Assembly (NCBI GenBank): GCA_020060775.1
Contig: JAGUZN010000220.1
Span: 984 to 64,983 of the forward strand
DNA: 64,000 bases
Reading direction: 5' to 3'
DNA from: Armatimonadota bacterium
GTDB lineage: Bacteria > Armatimonadota > Hebobacteria > CAIYQO01
The position numbers and the translations under genes are program-made. Below the pieces are notes generated by a model. It made no database searches and was not told the DNA's origin. It saw only the letters and a list, made by a program, of their open reading frames with translations. Below are positions 18,137 to 27,351 of this stretch, one piece after another. How positions within the stretch are numbered: the stretch's first letter is position 1; every line of letters starts with the position of its first letter.

Positions 18137-20668
18137 CTAAATCACCACATTCACCACTCTTCCCAATACTACAATGACCTTCGCCGGCTCTCTGTCTGCC
18201 AGTGAGTATTGCACCTTCGGGCTGGCCAGCGCCAGGACCCTCACCGTGTCTTCATCGGCATCCGCCGGCACGGTCAGGCGGTCACGGACTTTGCCGTTGA
18301 CCTGGATGACCAGTATCACCTCCTCAACGCTGGCGACCGTTGCGTCTGGTGTTGGCCAGGGGTGGCGGTACAGAAAGCCCATCTGCCTCAGGCCCTCCCA
18401 CATCTCGTCGGCGATATGCGGCGCGAAAGGGGAGAGCAGCACCACCAGGTGCTCGATGGCCTCATCCAAGGCGGCAGAGCGCTGTCTATCCGGCAGGCGT
18501 TGGGACACTTCATACATCGCGTTAACCCATTCCATCAACGCCGCCAAGGCGGTGTTAAAACGGAAACTCTCCAGGTCTTCGGTGACTTTGGCGATGGTCT
18601 GGTGGGTTTTTCGGCGCAATGCCATCTCATCACCCTGCGCTTGGGCAATGCTTGTGCGCCAGACGGTGGCGTCAAAGCCCTCCGCGTGCCGGGCGACTAG
18701 CCGCCACACGCGTGCCAGAAAGCGTGCCGCACCGCGGATGCCCTCCTCGCTCCACAGCACCGTCTCCTCGAAGGGCGCGACGAACAGCTCATAGATGCGC
18801 AGCGCGTCGGCGCCGTACTGCGCGGCCATCTCGTCGGGGGTGACCACGTTGCCGTAGCTCTTGCTCATCTTCACCCAGCGCCACACCCACTGCTCCTCGG
18901 GAATGGTCGCACGCTCCTCCGGGCGCAATACCTTCCAATTCTCGATGGCGTCTTCGCCGCCCACCGTGCGGCCTGGCGTGCGCGTCAGCATCATGCCCTG
19001 GTTGCGCAGGGTGGTGAAGGGCTCGGTGAAGCCCACCAGGCCGGCATCATACAGCACCTTGGTCCAGAAGCGCGCATACAGCAGATGCATCACCGCATGC
19101 TCGGCGCCGCCCACGTACAGATCCACCGGCAGCCAGGCATCCACCGCTTCTCGTGAGAATGGTGCCTCTGTATTGTGTGGGTCTGCGAAACGCAGAAAGT
19201 ACCATGAGGAGCAGGCGAAGCCACCCATGGTATCCGTCTCGCGCCGTGCCGGACCGCCGCAGGTGGGGCAGGTCGTCTCGACGAACTCCGGGATACCCGC
19301 CAACGGTGATTCTCCGGTGCCAGTCGGCTGATACTGCTCAACCTCGGGCAGCAGCACGGGTAACTGGTCTTCGGGTACCGGCACCTCGCCGCACTGCGGG
19401 CAATGGATGATCGGAATGGGCGCTCCCCAGTAGCGCTGCCGGGAGATCAGCCAGTCGCGTAATTTGTAGGTGACCACCCCGCGGCCCAGCCCGCGTTCGT
19501 CCAACCAGCGAATGCTCTGCTGCACCAGTGCGGATGCCTCCGGTTCACCGGAGAAAGGGCCGGCGACGGTCATGCCGTCAGCATACACCGGTATCATGGG
19601 TAGGCCATAGGTCTCTGCAAACGCTGCATCGCGTGCATCATGCGCCGGTACCGCCATGATGGCGCCAGTGCCGTAGCCCATCACCACGTAATCGGCGATC
19701 CAGATGGGGATGAGGTCGCCGGTGGCCGGGTTGACGGCAGACGCGCCGGTCCACACCCCCGTCTTCTGCCGACCTTCCGCCAGCCGGTCGATTTCGCTGT
19801 GGCCCCGGGCATGGGCGATGTAGGCATCGACTTCTCTACGCTGGGTATCCGTGGTGATCTCGGCGACCAGCGGGTGCTCGGGCGCCAGCACGACAAAGGT
19901 GGCGCCCCACAGCGTATCCGGGCGTGTGGTGAAGACGCGCAAGGGTTCCGAGCGACCGACCACCGGGAAGGCGATCTCCGCGCCCTCACTGCGCCCAATC
20001 CAGTTCCGCTGCATCGCCTTGATGCCCTCCGGCCAGTCCAGGGTCTCCAGGTCGGCTAGCAGCCGGTCGGCATAGGCGGTGATGCGGAAGAACCACTGGG
20101 GCAGTTGCCGCTGTTCGATAGGCGTGTCACAGCGCCAGCAGCGGCCGTTTACCACTTCTTCATTAGCCAGCACCGTGCGATCCTGCGGGCACCAGTTCAC
20201 CGGCGCCTGCGCGCGATACGCCAACCCCATCCGATATAACAGCAGGAAAATCCATTGCGTCCAGCGGTAATACGACGGGTCGCTGGAGTTGACTTCTCTC
20301 GACCAGTCGTACGCCAGGCCGATCAGGTCCATCTGGTGGCGATAATTTGCGGCGAACTCCTGCACCATCGGTTGTGGGTGGCGCTGCAGGCGGATGGCTT
20401 CATTCTCTGCCGGCTGACCAAAGGCATCCCAGCCCATCGGATGCAGCACGTTGAACCCGCACATCGCTTTGTAGCGCAGGAAGGCATCGGTGGGCACGTA
20501 GTTCTTGAAATGCCCCACGGAAAGCCCCGCCCCGCTGGGGTAGGGGAAGAACTCCAGCCCATAATACTTCGGTCGGTCGTGGCATAATTCGGCTTCGAAC
20601 AGCCGCGCCTCGCGCCAGCGCTGCTGCCATTTTCGTTCTATCACTTGAAATTCATATCTTTCCAGCAT
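18137..20668 (-). CDS. leuS: Leucyl-tRNA synthetase
   Basis: MLERYEFQVIERKWQQRW N-terminus, PYPSGAGLSVGH (HIGH region), KMSKSYGNVV (KMSKS), and a CP1 editing insertion. Start is ATG 20668 after GGAGGAGG. Confidence 0.95.
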   Translation of the reverse strand: MLERYEFQVIERKWQQRWREARLFEAELCHDRPKYYGLEFFPYPSGAGLSVGHFKNYVPTDAFLRYKAMCGFNVLHPMGWDAFGQPAENEAIRLQRHPQPMVQEFAANYRHQMDLIGLAYDWSREVNSSDPSYYRWTQWIFLLLYRMGLAYRAQAPVNWCPQDRTVLANEEVVNGRCWRCDTPIEQRQLPQWFFRITAYADRLLADLETLDWPEGIKAMQRNWIGRSEGAEIAFPVVGRSEPLRVFTTRPDTLWGATFVVLAPEHPLVAEITTDTQRREVDAYIAHARGHSEIDRLAEGRQKTGVWTGASAVNPATGDLIPIWIADYVVMGYGTGAIMAVPAHDARDAAFAETYGLPMIPVYADGMTVAGPFSGEPEASALVQQSIRWLDERGLGRGVVTYKLRDWLISRQRYWGAPIPIIHCPQCGEVPVPEDQLPVLLPEVEQYQPTGTGESPLAGIPEFVETTCPTCGGPARRETDTMGGFACSSWYFLRFADPHNTEAPFSREAVDAWLPVDLYVGGAEHAVMHLLYARFWTKVLYDAGLVGFTEPFTTLRNQGMMLTRTPGRTVGGEDAIENWKVLRPEERATIPEEQWVWRWVKMSKSYGNVVTPDEMAAQYGADALRIYELFVAPFEETVLWSEEGIRGAARFLARVWRLVARHAEGFDATVWRTSIAQAQGDEMALRRKTHQTIAKVTEDLESFRFNTALAALMEWVNAMYEVSQRLPDRQRSAALDEAIEHLVVLLSPFAPHIADEMWEGLRQMGFLYRHPWPTPDATVASVEEVILVIQVNGKVRDRLTVPADADEDTVRVLALASPKVQYSLADREPAKVIVVLGRVVNVVI

Positions 20669-20845
20669 ATCGCCTCCTCCAGATACAAAAAGCCCAGGGG
20701 CAAATGCCTCTGGGCCTGGTCGCTTCGCTATTGGGCTGTTTTCTCGCGTCACCCAGCAGCAAACCGCCCAGACCCCTTGGTAAGAAGGAGTCCGGTCGTC
20801 TGCAGGCTAAGCTGGATGAACAGGATGCGCATAGATTGCTCCGTT
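20669..20845 (-). promoter_or_regulatory. leuS 5' leader with a terminator/antiterminator alternative (T-box-like attenuator candidate)
   Basis: On the minus strand, a T-box-like GCUGGGUGACGCGAG (20743-20756) can pair with GCCCAG, the 5' arm of the terminator. A CUU-A (Leu codon plus purine) lies in an upstream stem region. The terminator sits immediately before the RBS. Confidence 0.45.
20685..20715 (-). terminator. Intrinsic terminator inside the leuS leader
   Basis: Minus-strand GCCCAGAGGC-AUUU-GCCCCUGGGC pairs at 9 of 10 positions and is followed by UUUUUGU. Confidence 0.65.
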
Positions 20846-20850
20846 GACCG

Positions 20851-20879
20851 ATTATAACGAAACAGGGGGAGACTGTCCA
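20851..20879 (-). promoter_or_regulatory. Sigma70-type promoter for the leuS leader
   Basis: Minus strand reads TGGACA, 17-nt spacer, TATAAT (-10 at 20851-20856, -35 at 20874-20879). Confidence 0.6.
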
Positions 20880-21034
20880 TCACTACATCGGCCAGGTCTG
20901 TGCACTTGCCATTCATTAACTATCATTACCACTATTTATCATTGATACTTACGAATGCCATTGACGGATACTTTTGGGAGGGATATCGTGTGAGTGGAGC
21001 ACCGGTGATACTCCGGTACAAGAGGAGGGCGATC

Positions 21035-22504
21035 ATGAGCACTGAGATGGTTACAGCGGAGCAGGAATTGCTCTCACTCGAAGACGCCGCCGAGTTCTTA
21101 TGTGTGAGCAAGTCGACGATGTATCGGTTGCTCGATCAACGCAAGCTGACCGGCATGAAGGCGGGGAAGCAGTGGCGGTTTCGCAAAGAAGACCTTCTTG
21201 CGTATATGCAGCGCGGGCCTGCCGCTCAGGCGCTGGCCAAAGTGCCCATGCCGGTGCTGGATACCGAACTGGATTTCCTTGGAACGGAGTTGGCAAAGGC
21301 GGGCACCGAACCCGCGGCCTGCGATTATCCGATGCTGGAAGATGAAGCGGGAAGAATCACCCAGTATCTCCGCCGGCTCGTCTGGCTGCTGCATACGCTG
21401 CGTGGAAGCGATATCCATCTGAACCCCATCTGGCAGGCTGATGGCGCGGCCGTGCAACTCGTCCTGCGCGTTGATGGCGCGCTACGAGAGATTCGTCGCT
21501 TGCCATTCGTCATGTACGACGCGCTAGTGCTGGAATGGAAACGTCAGGCAGAGCTGCCGATCGAGGATACGCATCACCCGCATGAGGGACGCTCACAATT
21601 CGTCTTCGGAGAGATCATGCTTTCTCACCGCGTCGCCACGGTGTCGACCATTTATGGTGAAAAGGTCTCGGTGCGTCCTCTCCCGACTACCATCCCCACG
21701 CTGCAGGTGCTGGGCATCGACGACACACCGTTAGTGGCGTTGAGCAAGCGCCAGCGTGGATTGCTCATCTTTGCCGGTCCCACCGGCTCGGGCAAAGCCA
21801 CCACCATGTCGGCGTTCGTGCAGGAGATTCTCACCCATGGCCCCCGCAACATCATGACCGTGGTTGATCCGGTCGAGTATATCTTCATGCACGGCGTCAC
21901 CCATCTGAATCTGGCGCAGATGACGCCGGTCGAGGGACTGCGCGCCGTGTTGTACCACGATCCGGATGTCGTCATGCTCGGCGAGCTGCGGGACGATCCT
22001 GAACTTGCACAGCAGGCGATATGGACGGCGGAAACCGGTCATCTCGTCCTCACCTGCCAGCATGCCAGCGATCCTGTCGAACTGCTATACGAGATGCTCG
22101 CTATGGGCGTGAAGCGCGCCCTTTTCGCCAACAATCTGATCGGCGTGGTCTATCAACAGCTTGCCCCCAAGCTTTGCGCGCAATGCCGTATACCGGCCAC
22201 GCCGGAACCGGACACTCTGGAGAAGATGCGCCAGGCAGCGCGAGCGGGTGGGTATACGCTGCCGGAGGACGCGGTGTTTTACCAGCAGACGGGTTGCCCA
22301 TCGTGCGGCGGCCGTGTCGCCTTGCATGAGTTCATCCTCTTTACCCCCGAGGTGCGCCAGGCCTTTCTGCAGTGCGCCTCGAAAGAGGAATTTACGAAAG
22401 AGCTACGCGCGCAAGGACTGCTATCCTTCTTCGCGGCGCAGGTGCAACAGGCTGTATCGGGTAAAATCTCGCTGGAGACGCTACAGCGCTATATGCCGTA
22501 CTGA
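21035..22504 (+). CDS. GspE/PilB-family secretion ATPase fused to an N-terminal excisionase/MerR-type HTH
   Basis: HTH is LSLEDAAEFLCVSKSTMYRLLDQRKLTGMKAGKQWRFRKEDL. Walker A is FAGPTGSGKATTM, Walker B is DPDVVMLGELRD, plus a CAQC..CPSCGG zinc motif. Start is ATG 21035 after GGAGGG. Confidence 0.8.
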   Translation: MSTEMVTAEQELLSLEDAAEFLCVSKSTMYRLLDQRKLTGMKAGKQWRFRKEDLLAYMQRGPAAQALAKVPMPVLDTELDFLGTELAKAGTEPAACDYPMLEDEAGRITQYLRRLVWLLHTLRGSDIHLNPIWQADGAAVQLVLRVDGALREIRRLPFVMYDALVLEWKRQAELPIEDTHHPHEGRSQFVFGEIMLSHRVATVSTIYGEKVSVRPLPTTIPTLQVLGIDDTPLVALSKRQRGLLIFAGPTGSGKATTMSAFVQEILTHGPRNIMTVVDPVEYIFMHGVTHLNLAQMTPVEGLRAVLYHDPDVVMLGELRDDPELAQQAIWTAETGHLVLTCQHASDPVELLYEMLAMGVKRALFANNLIGVVYQQLAPKLCAQCRIPATPEPDTLEKMRQAARAGGYTLPEDAVFYQQTGCPSCGGRVALHEFILFTPEVRQAFLQCASKEEFTKELRAQGLLSFFAAQVQQAVSGKISLETLQRYMPY

Positions 22505-22589
22505 GGTTGGCGCCTGCTATAGAGAACTATTGCCAATATGAGGAACCGGTATTGAGCCCGCTTGTGATGGCGATTGCTCGAGCCAAACG

Positions 22590-22769
22590 TTGACACCTGC
22601 CGCTTGCCTCACTATACTGCGCATATGCTGTTCATTAATCCGGTCATCGAACATACCTTCCGTCTGTACGCGTGGGCTCCATAGCCGTCGTGCCGGGATG
22701 TATTGTATTCGCTTTCTCACCCCTCCCGGTACTCGGGAGGGGTTTTCGCTTTACCAGGAGGGCAACGCC
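22590..22769 (+). promoter_or_regulatory. Leader cassette X2: consensus promoter, leaderless 19-codon uORF and intrinsic terminator upstream of a methyltransferase gene
   Basis: TTGACA 22590-22595, 17-nt spacer, TATACT 22613-22618. uORF 22625-22684 encodes MLFINPVIEHTFRLYAWAP*. Terminator at 22720-22752. Paralogous to 8965-9144. Confidence 0.6.
22720..22752 (+). terminator. Rho-independent terminator / attenuator hairpin
   Basis: CCCCTCCCG-GTACT-CGGGAGGGG forms a 9-bp stem, followed by TTTTCGCTTT. Confidence 0.7.
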
Positions 22770-23606
22770 ATGGCAACCATAAAATATGATCCCCAATGGG
22801 TGCGTGACTTCTACGATGCCTACGGCATGCAGGAGTGGGAACGGTTTGACCGTCATCCCATGCTGCGCATCGCCTTCGCCATCCATCAGCACTACCTGCG
22901 GCAGTATCTGCAGCCGGGACAGCATATATTGGAGATCGGCGCGGGCGCCGGGCGCTTTACCCAGGTGCTGGCAGAGATGGGCATGCGGGTGACCGTGGCC
23001 GATATCTCACCGATCCAATTGGCGTTGAACCGGCAGCAGGCCGACACGCATGGCTTTGCGTCGGCAGTTGACCAGTGGGTCGAGTGTGATGCCTGCGATC
23101 TGCGCGGACAGTTTGCCGACAAGGCTTTCGACGCGGTGGTCGCCTATGGCGGCCTGCTCAGCTACGTCTTCGATCAGGCCGGCTTGGTGCTGACCGAGTT
23201 GCAGCGCGTGGTGATGCCGGGTGGTCCCATCTTTCTGGAAGTAATGAGCCTGTGGGGGGCGATCCATTGCTATCTGCCGCCGGTGTTGTCCATCGACCCG
23301 GCGGTGAACCGCCAGATCGTCGCCCGCGGTGATCTGGACCGGGAGTTGGCGATTTCCACGCACTATTGCCACATGTATCGTGCCAAGGAGTTCCGGCAAC
23401 TGATTGAGGAGTGCGGACTGACCATCGAGGTCATGAGCGCCAGCAATGCGCTCTCCACCAACTGGGAAGAGCAACTTCGCACCATCCATGAAGACAGCCC
23501 TGCCTGGCAGCACCTGCTGGAAATGGAACTGGAAGCCTGCCGCGAGCCGGGGTGTCTGGACATGGGCACGCATTTGATTGCGGTGTGCCGGAGGAGCACG
23601 ACATGA
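22770..23606 (+). CDS. Class I SAM-dependent methyltransferase
   Basis: Motif I is ILEIGAGAGRFTQVLAEMGMRVTVADIS. Start is ATG 22770 after CAGGAGGG. Confidence 0.75.
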   Translation: MATIKYDPQWVRDFYDAYGMQEWERFDRHPMLRIAFAIHQHYLRQYLQPGQHILEIGAGAGRFTQVLAEMGMRVTVADISPIQLALNRQQADTHGFASAVDQWVECDACDLRGQFADKAFDAVVAYGGLLSYVFDQAGLVLTELQRVVMPGGPIFLEVMSLWGAIHCYLPPVLSIDPAVNRQIVARGDLDRELAISTHYCHMYRAKEFRQLIEECGLTIEVMSASNALSTNWEEQLRTIHEDSPAWQHLLEMELEACREPGCLDMGTHLIAVCRRSTT

Positions 23607-24004
23607 ATGAACAGACTATTCCTGTGCCAACCCTCGCAGAGATGCGCGCACTGGAAGAAAGCCTACTGAAGCCTGATCTGCGCTCGTCACCAGAGGTGCT
23701 TCAGCGGATGCTGGCAGATGATTTTCTGGAGTTTGGTGCGTCGGGCCGTTCCTATGATAAACAACAGGTGATTGCAGGCCTACTCAATCAGGTCGAAGAA
23801 GAGTTTGTTATCGATGACTTCTGCATACGGCACTTGGCTCCGGGGGTGATATTAACGACATATCGGGTGACGCGTCGGCGTAACCCGTCTCATGTAGCGC
23901 CATACTCTTTGCGCAGCTCGGTCTGGAAATACCTGCTGGGGCACTGGCAAATGCTCTTTCATCAAGGCACGCCAACTGATCTGTCTACCAATGAGCATGG
24001 ATAA
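23603..24004 (+). CDS. NTF2-fold protein (DUF4440/SnoaL-like)
   Basis: ATGA overlap with the upstream stop. LLKPDLRSSPEVLQRMLADDFLEFGASGRSYDKQQV is typical of DUF4440. Confidence 0.5.
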   Translation: MNEQTIPVPTLAEMRALEESLLKPDLRSSPEVLQRMLADDFLEFGASGRSYDKQQVIAGLLNQVEEEFVIDDFCIRHLAPGVILTTYRVTRRRNPSHVAPYSLRSSVWKYLLGHWQMLFHQGTPTDLSTNEHG

Positions 24005-24025
24005 CGACAGCATGGCACCTGCAGT

Positions 24026-24931
24026 ATGCCAGAAGGCAGGGTCGTAATGAAAGAGATGAAGACGTTACACTGCCAACATTGGTCCTCGCGTGCGCGCCTC
24101 GACGCTCTCCTCCAGCGGCTCATCGCCTGCTTGCCAGGAGTGCCGGGCTTTCGGACCTTGTCGCTCTTCGGCTCGGTGGCGGAAGGGCGGGCCGACGGCT
24201 ACTCGGATATCGATATGATCCTGACCACCGACGATTTGCCGGCGGCGCAGCATGCCGTGCTTGATGTGTTGGAAGCGGGTGTCGGGCCGGTGGAGAGTTG
24301 CTGGGCCATCGCGCTGCGCCCGGATGAGTGGAATCCGACGATCATCTTCTCGGAGGAGGGCTATTACCACAAGCTCGACCTCGGGCTGGTGGCATCGACC
24401 GCCGTCACCCCTACTATCCCACCGGAGCAAACCACCGTGTTGGTGACACAACCGGTGGGGCATCAACGCGCTTCGGCACCGGAGAGCACGGCCTATCTGC
24501 CGCCATACGGCTCGGTCGGACATTTCTTGCTCGGGCAATTGCTTGGCGGCAACCGCTATTGTAAAGCGCGCAAGCGCGGGCAGCCGCTCACCTGCTACCG
24601 CTTCGTCTCCGCCGCGGCGGACTGGTGCCTGCGTGCCCTGCATGTGCGCTTAACTGGCAAAGTAATGTGGCAGGGCAAGCTGTCCACGGAGGAATACGCC
24701 GTCCTGGGTGGCCTTGATACCGGTGGCCGGGGCCGCACCATCCTCGCCGCCTTGGACTACTCGACCCCGGAGAAGATGGATCAGTCGCTCTGCGGCATCT
24801 TCCGGCACCTGTACGAACTCTGCGGGGAGATATCTGCCATGCAGAGCGAAGTATTACCGGTCGGCATGTTCGAGCGCATGCTGGATTTTATGAGGACTGA
24901 GTTGGACATTGCAGAAGGACACCAACCATGA
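24026..24931 (+). CDS. Nucleotidyltransferase-domain protein
   Basis: LSLFGSVAEGRADGYSDIDMILTTDD matches the GS..DxD motif. Start could instead be ATG 24047. Confidence 0.6.
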   Translation: MPEGRVVMKEMKTLHCQHWSSRARLDALLQRLIACLPGVPGFRTLSLFGSVAEGRADGYSDIDMILTTDDLPAAQHAVLDVLEAGVGPVESCWAIALRPDEWNPTIIFSEEGYYHKLDLGLVASTAVTPTIPPEQTTVLVTQPVGHQRASAPESTAYLPPYGSVGHFLLGQLLGGNRYCKARKRGQPLTCYRFVSAAADWCLRALHVRLTGKVMWQGKLSTEEYAVLGGLDTGGRGRTILAALDYSTPEKMDQSLCGIFRHLYELCGEISAMQSEVLPVGMFERMLDFMRTELDIAEGHQP

Positions 24932-25749
24932 CGAATGTCGCCGACTTCTACACCCAGGGTGCCGCCCGTGAATGGGAACGTCTGGAGCAGGCACCGTATC
25001 AGCACCTGGAATTCCAGGTGACCCTGCACTTCCTGCGCAAGCACCTGCCGCCGGAGGGCGTGATCCTCGACGCCGGTGGCGGGCCGGGGCGGTATGCGCT
25101 GGCGCTTAGCCGCGAAGGGCGTGAGGTTGTGCTGTGCGACCTGGCGCCGGGCAATATCGCCCTGGCACGGGAGCAGTTCACTGGGGAACCTGAAGCGGTG
25201 CGTGCCCGGCTGCGCGAGGCACAGGTGGCGGATATTCGTGCCCTACCGTATGCGGACAGCACGTATACCGCCGTGCTCTGCCTGGGTGGGCCGCTGTCGC
25301 ATCTGCCTGATCCAATGGATCGCGAGCAGGCGGTGCGGGAACTGGTGCGCGTGGCCGCGCCCGGCGGGCTGGTGGTGCTGACCGGCATCGGCGCCCTGGC
25401 GGTGTTGCGCACCATCATCATGATCTGTCCGCACGAACTGGTCGACGGCTCGCTGGACACCTTTTCCAATGACGGCAACTCCCCCGGCCCAGGCGGCATG
25501 CTCTGGCACTGGTTCCGTGCGGCAGAGTTGCGAGAACTGGCGGAGTCGGCCGGTTTGACCACCCTGGAGATGGCCGGCTGCCAGGGACTCTCCACCGGCC
25601 TGGAGGAGGCAACAAACCGACTCGCGGCGAACGAAGAGCAATGGCAGCGCTGGCTCGATATCCTGCTGGCCACCGCCACCGAGCCGCCGGTGGTCGATAT
25701 GGCGGAGCATCTGCTGTATGTTGGGCGCAAGGAGGGGATACGTGAATGA
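24928..25749 (+). CDS. Class I SAM-dependent methyltransferase
   Basis: VILDAGGGPGRYALALSREGREVVLCDLAPGNI. ATGA overlap with the upstream gene. Confidence 0.75.
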   Translation: MTNVADFYTQGAAREWERLEQAPYQHLEFQVTLHFLRKHLPPEGVILDAGGGPGRYALALSREGREVVLCDLAPGNIALAREQFTGEPEAVRARLREAQVADIRALPYADSTYTAVLCLGGPLSHLPDPMDREQAVRELVRVAAPGGLVVLTGIGALAVLRTIIMICPHELVDGSLDTFSNDGNSPGPGGMLWHWFRAAELRELAESAGLTTLEMAGCQGLSTGLEEATNRLAANEEQWQRWLDILLATATEPPVVDMAEHLLYVGRKEGIRE

Positions 25750-26573
25750 CGCACCAGCAGACCCCGACGATGCTTCGCGCAGCCATGGTCAGTTATCCTG
25801 TCGCTCTCGGTGATGTCGATGCCAATCGGCGGGTGATTGAGACGACATTGGCCGCGCATGATGGCATCGACCTGTTCGTCTTCCCCGAACTCTGCCTGTG
25901 CGGAAACCTGCCGCCAACCATTGAGGCGATGAGCCGTGTTGCTGAGGCCGTGCCAGCCGGACCATCCGCCCAGCACATGATCGCACTGGCACAACGCTAT
26001 CAGACCGTGCTCTGTGCCGGTATTATCGAGGTGGAGGACGGTGCGTATTATGCCACGCACTTCCTCTGTGGGCCACAGGGCTATCTCGGGAAGCAACGGA
26101 AACTGTTTCCCTCGCGCGGGGTGCCGCATACCGGAGATCTCTCCGGCGGGCGAAATGTCACCCAGATAGAGCTCTTTGGCGTGGGGTGTGCTATCCTCGC
26201 CTGTGCAGACTGGATGCTGCCGGAAGGGCCTTACCTGGCGAGTCTACAGGACGTGGCACTCATCCTTGCCCCGACAGACAGGTATGAATCATCACGGATG
26301 GACCTGCTCTGCCAAATCGGTCAGGCGCGGGTATTCGACAGTCACGCCTGCCTGGCTGTCGCCTTCGGGCGTGACGCGTCCTGTCACGACGACGCGCCCA
26401 CTGGTCTGGTCGTCCATGCGGATAGCACCGTACAGATGGAAGCCTGTGCCGACTCCGCTGTGCAGGTCATGGTATCCGAGTTGTGCCTTCAGCCTCCCCT
26501 GCACCGGTGGGGGAGGCCTGTTGATCGGGTGACGACCGTTTGGGAGGTTATAGGAGGATCACATGATCGATGA
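25746..26573 (+). CDS. Carbon-nitrogen hydrolase (nitrilase-superfamily) protein
   Basis: An E-K-C triad can be assigned from FVFPELCLCG (E), GKQRKLFP (K) and AILACADW (C). ATGA overlap with the upstream gene. Confidence 0.65.
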   Translation: MTHQQTPTMLRAAMVSYPVALGDVDANRRVIETTLAAHDGIDLFVFPELCLCGNLPPTIEAMSRVAEAVPAGPSAQHMIALAQRYQTVLCAGIIEVEDGAYYATHFLCGPQGYLGKQRKLFPSRGVPHTGDLSGGRNVTQIELFGVGCAILACADWMLPEGPYLASLQDVALILAPTDRYESSRMDLLCQIGQARVFDSHACLAVAFGRDASCHDDAPTGLVVHADSTVQMEACADSAVQVMVSELCLQPPLHRWGRPVDRVTTVWEVIGGSHDR

Positions 26574-27351
26574 CATCGCTGCCGTGAACCGCGAACGCTG
26601 GAATGCCATGGCCAGCGCCAAGGTGATGTTCTCACGACCGTTCTTCGACTTCACCCGAGAAGAGGCGGCTGCCTACATCCACTGCGATACCATGCTCGGT
26701 GATGTGGCAGGCAAAGACGTGCTGTGCCTGGCGAGTGGGGGCGGACAGGATTCGGCGGCGTTCGGTTTGCTGGGGGCCAGTGTCACGGTATTCGATCTGT
26801 CCGACGTGCAATTGTCTCGTGATCAGGATGCCGCCCGATCTCATGGCTACACGGTGCAGACCGTGCAAGGCGACATGCGCGACCTGTCCGCCTTCACAGC
26901 GAACACCTTCGACATTGTCTGGCAGCCCTATTCCATCAATTACAGCCCGACGGTCGAGCCGGTGATCGCCGAAGTGGCCCGCGTGCTGAAGCCCGGCGGC
27001 ATCTATCACCTGGCCTTCGCCAATCCGTTCGCGCTGGCGATGGACAACGGTTGGGACGGTAACGGCTATCCCCTGCGCGACCTGTATCGAGACGGCGAGG
27101 ACATTACACGGTTCTTCCCCATCTGGGAACTGGAGCAGGAGGACGGTACGGTTGTGACCGTCGAGCGCCCGCACGAATTCCGCCATACGCTGAGCACCAT
27201 GTTCAATACGCTCGCCCGGCAGGGGTTCCAGTTCATGCAGATGTCAGAATGGGTGCGTCCGGATATCGACCCGGAGCAGGGCTCCTGGGCCCATTTCACC
27301 CAGTGTTGCCCGCCGTATCTGCAGACGTTCTGGCGGTGGGGTGGTTCGTAA
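26563..27351 (+). CDS. Class I SAM-dependent methyltransferase
   Basis: VLCLASGGGQDSAAFGLLGASVTVFDLSDVQL and VLKPGGIYHL. Overlaps the upstream gene by 11 nt. Confidence 0.75.
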   Translation: MIDDIAAVNRERWNAMASAKVMFSRPFFDFTREEAAAYIHCDTMLGDVAGKDVLCLASGGGQDSAAFGLLGASVTVFDLSDVQLSRDQDAARSHGYTVQTVQGDMRDLSAFTANTFDIVWQPYSINYSPTVEPVIAEVARVLKPGGIYHLAFANPFALAMDNGWDGNGYPLRDLYRDGEDITRFFPIWELEQEDGTVVTVERPHEFRHTLSTMFNTLARQGFQFMQMSEWVRPDIDPEQGSWAHFTQCCPPYLQTFWRWGGS

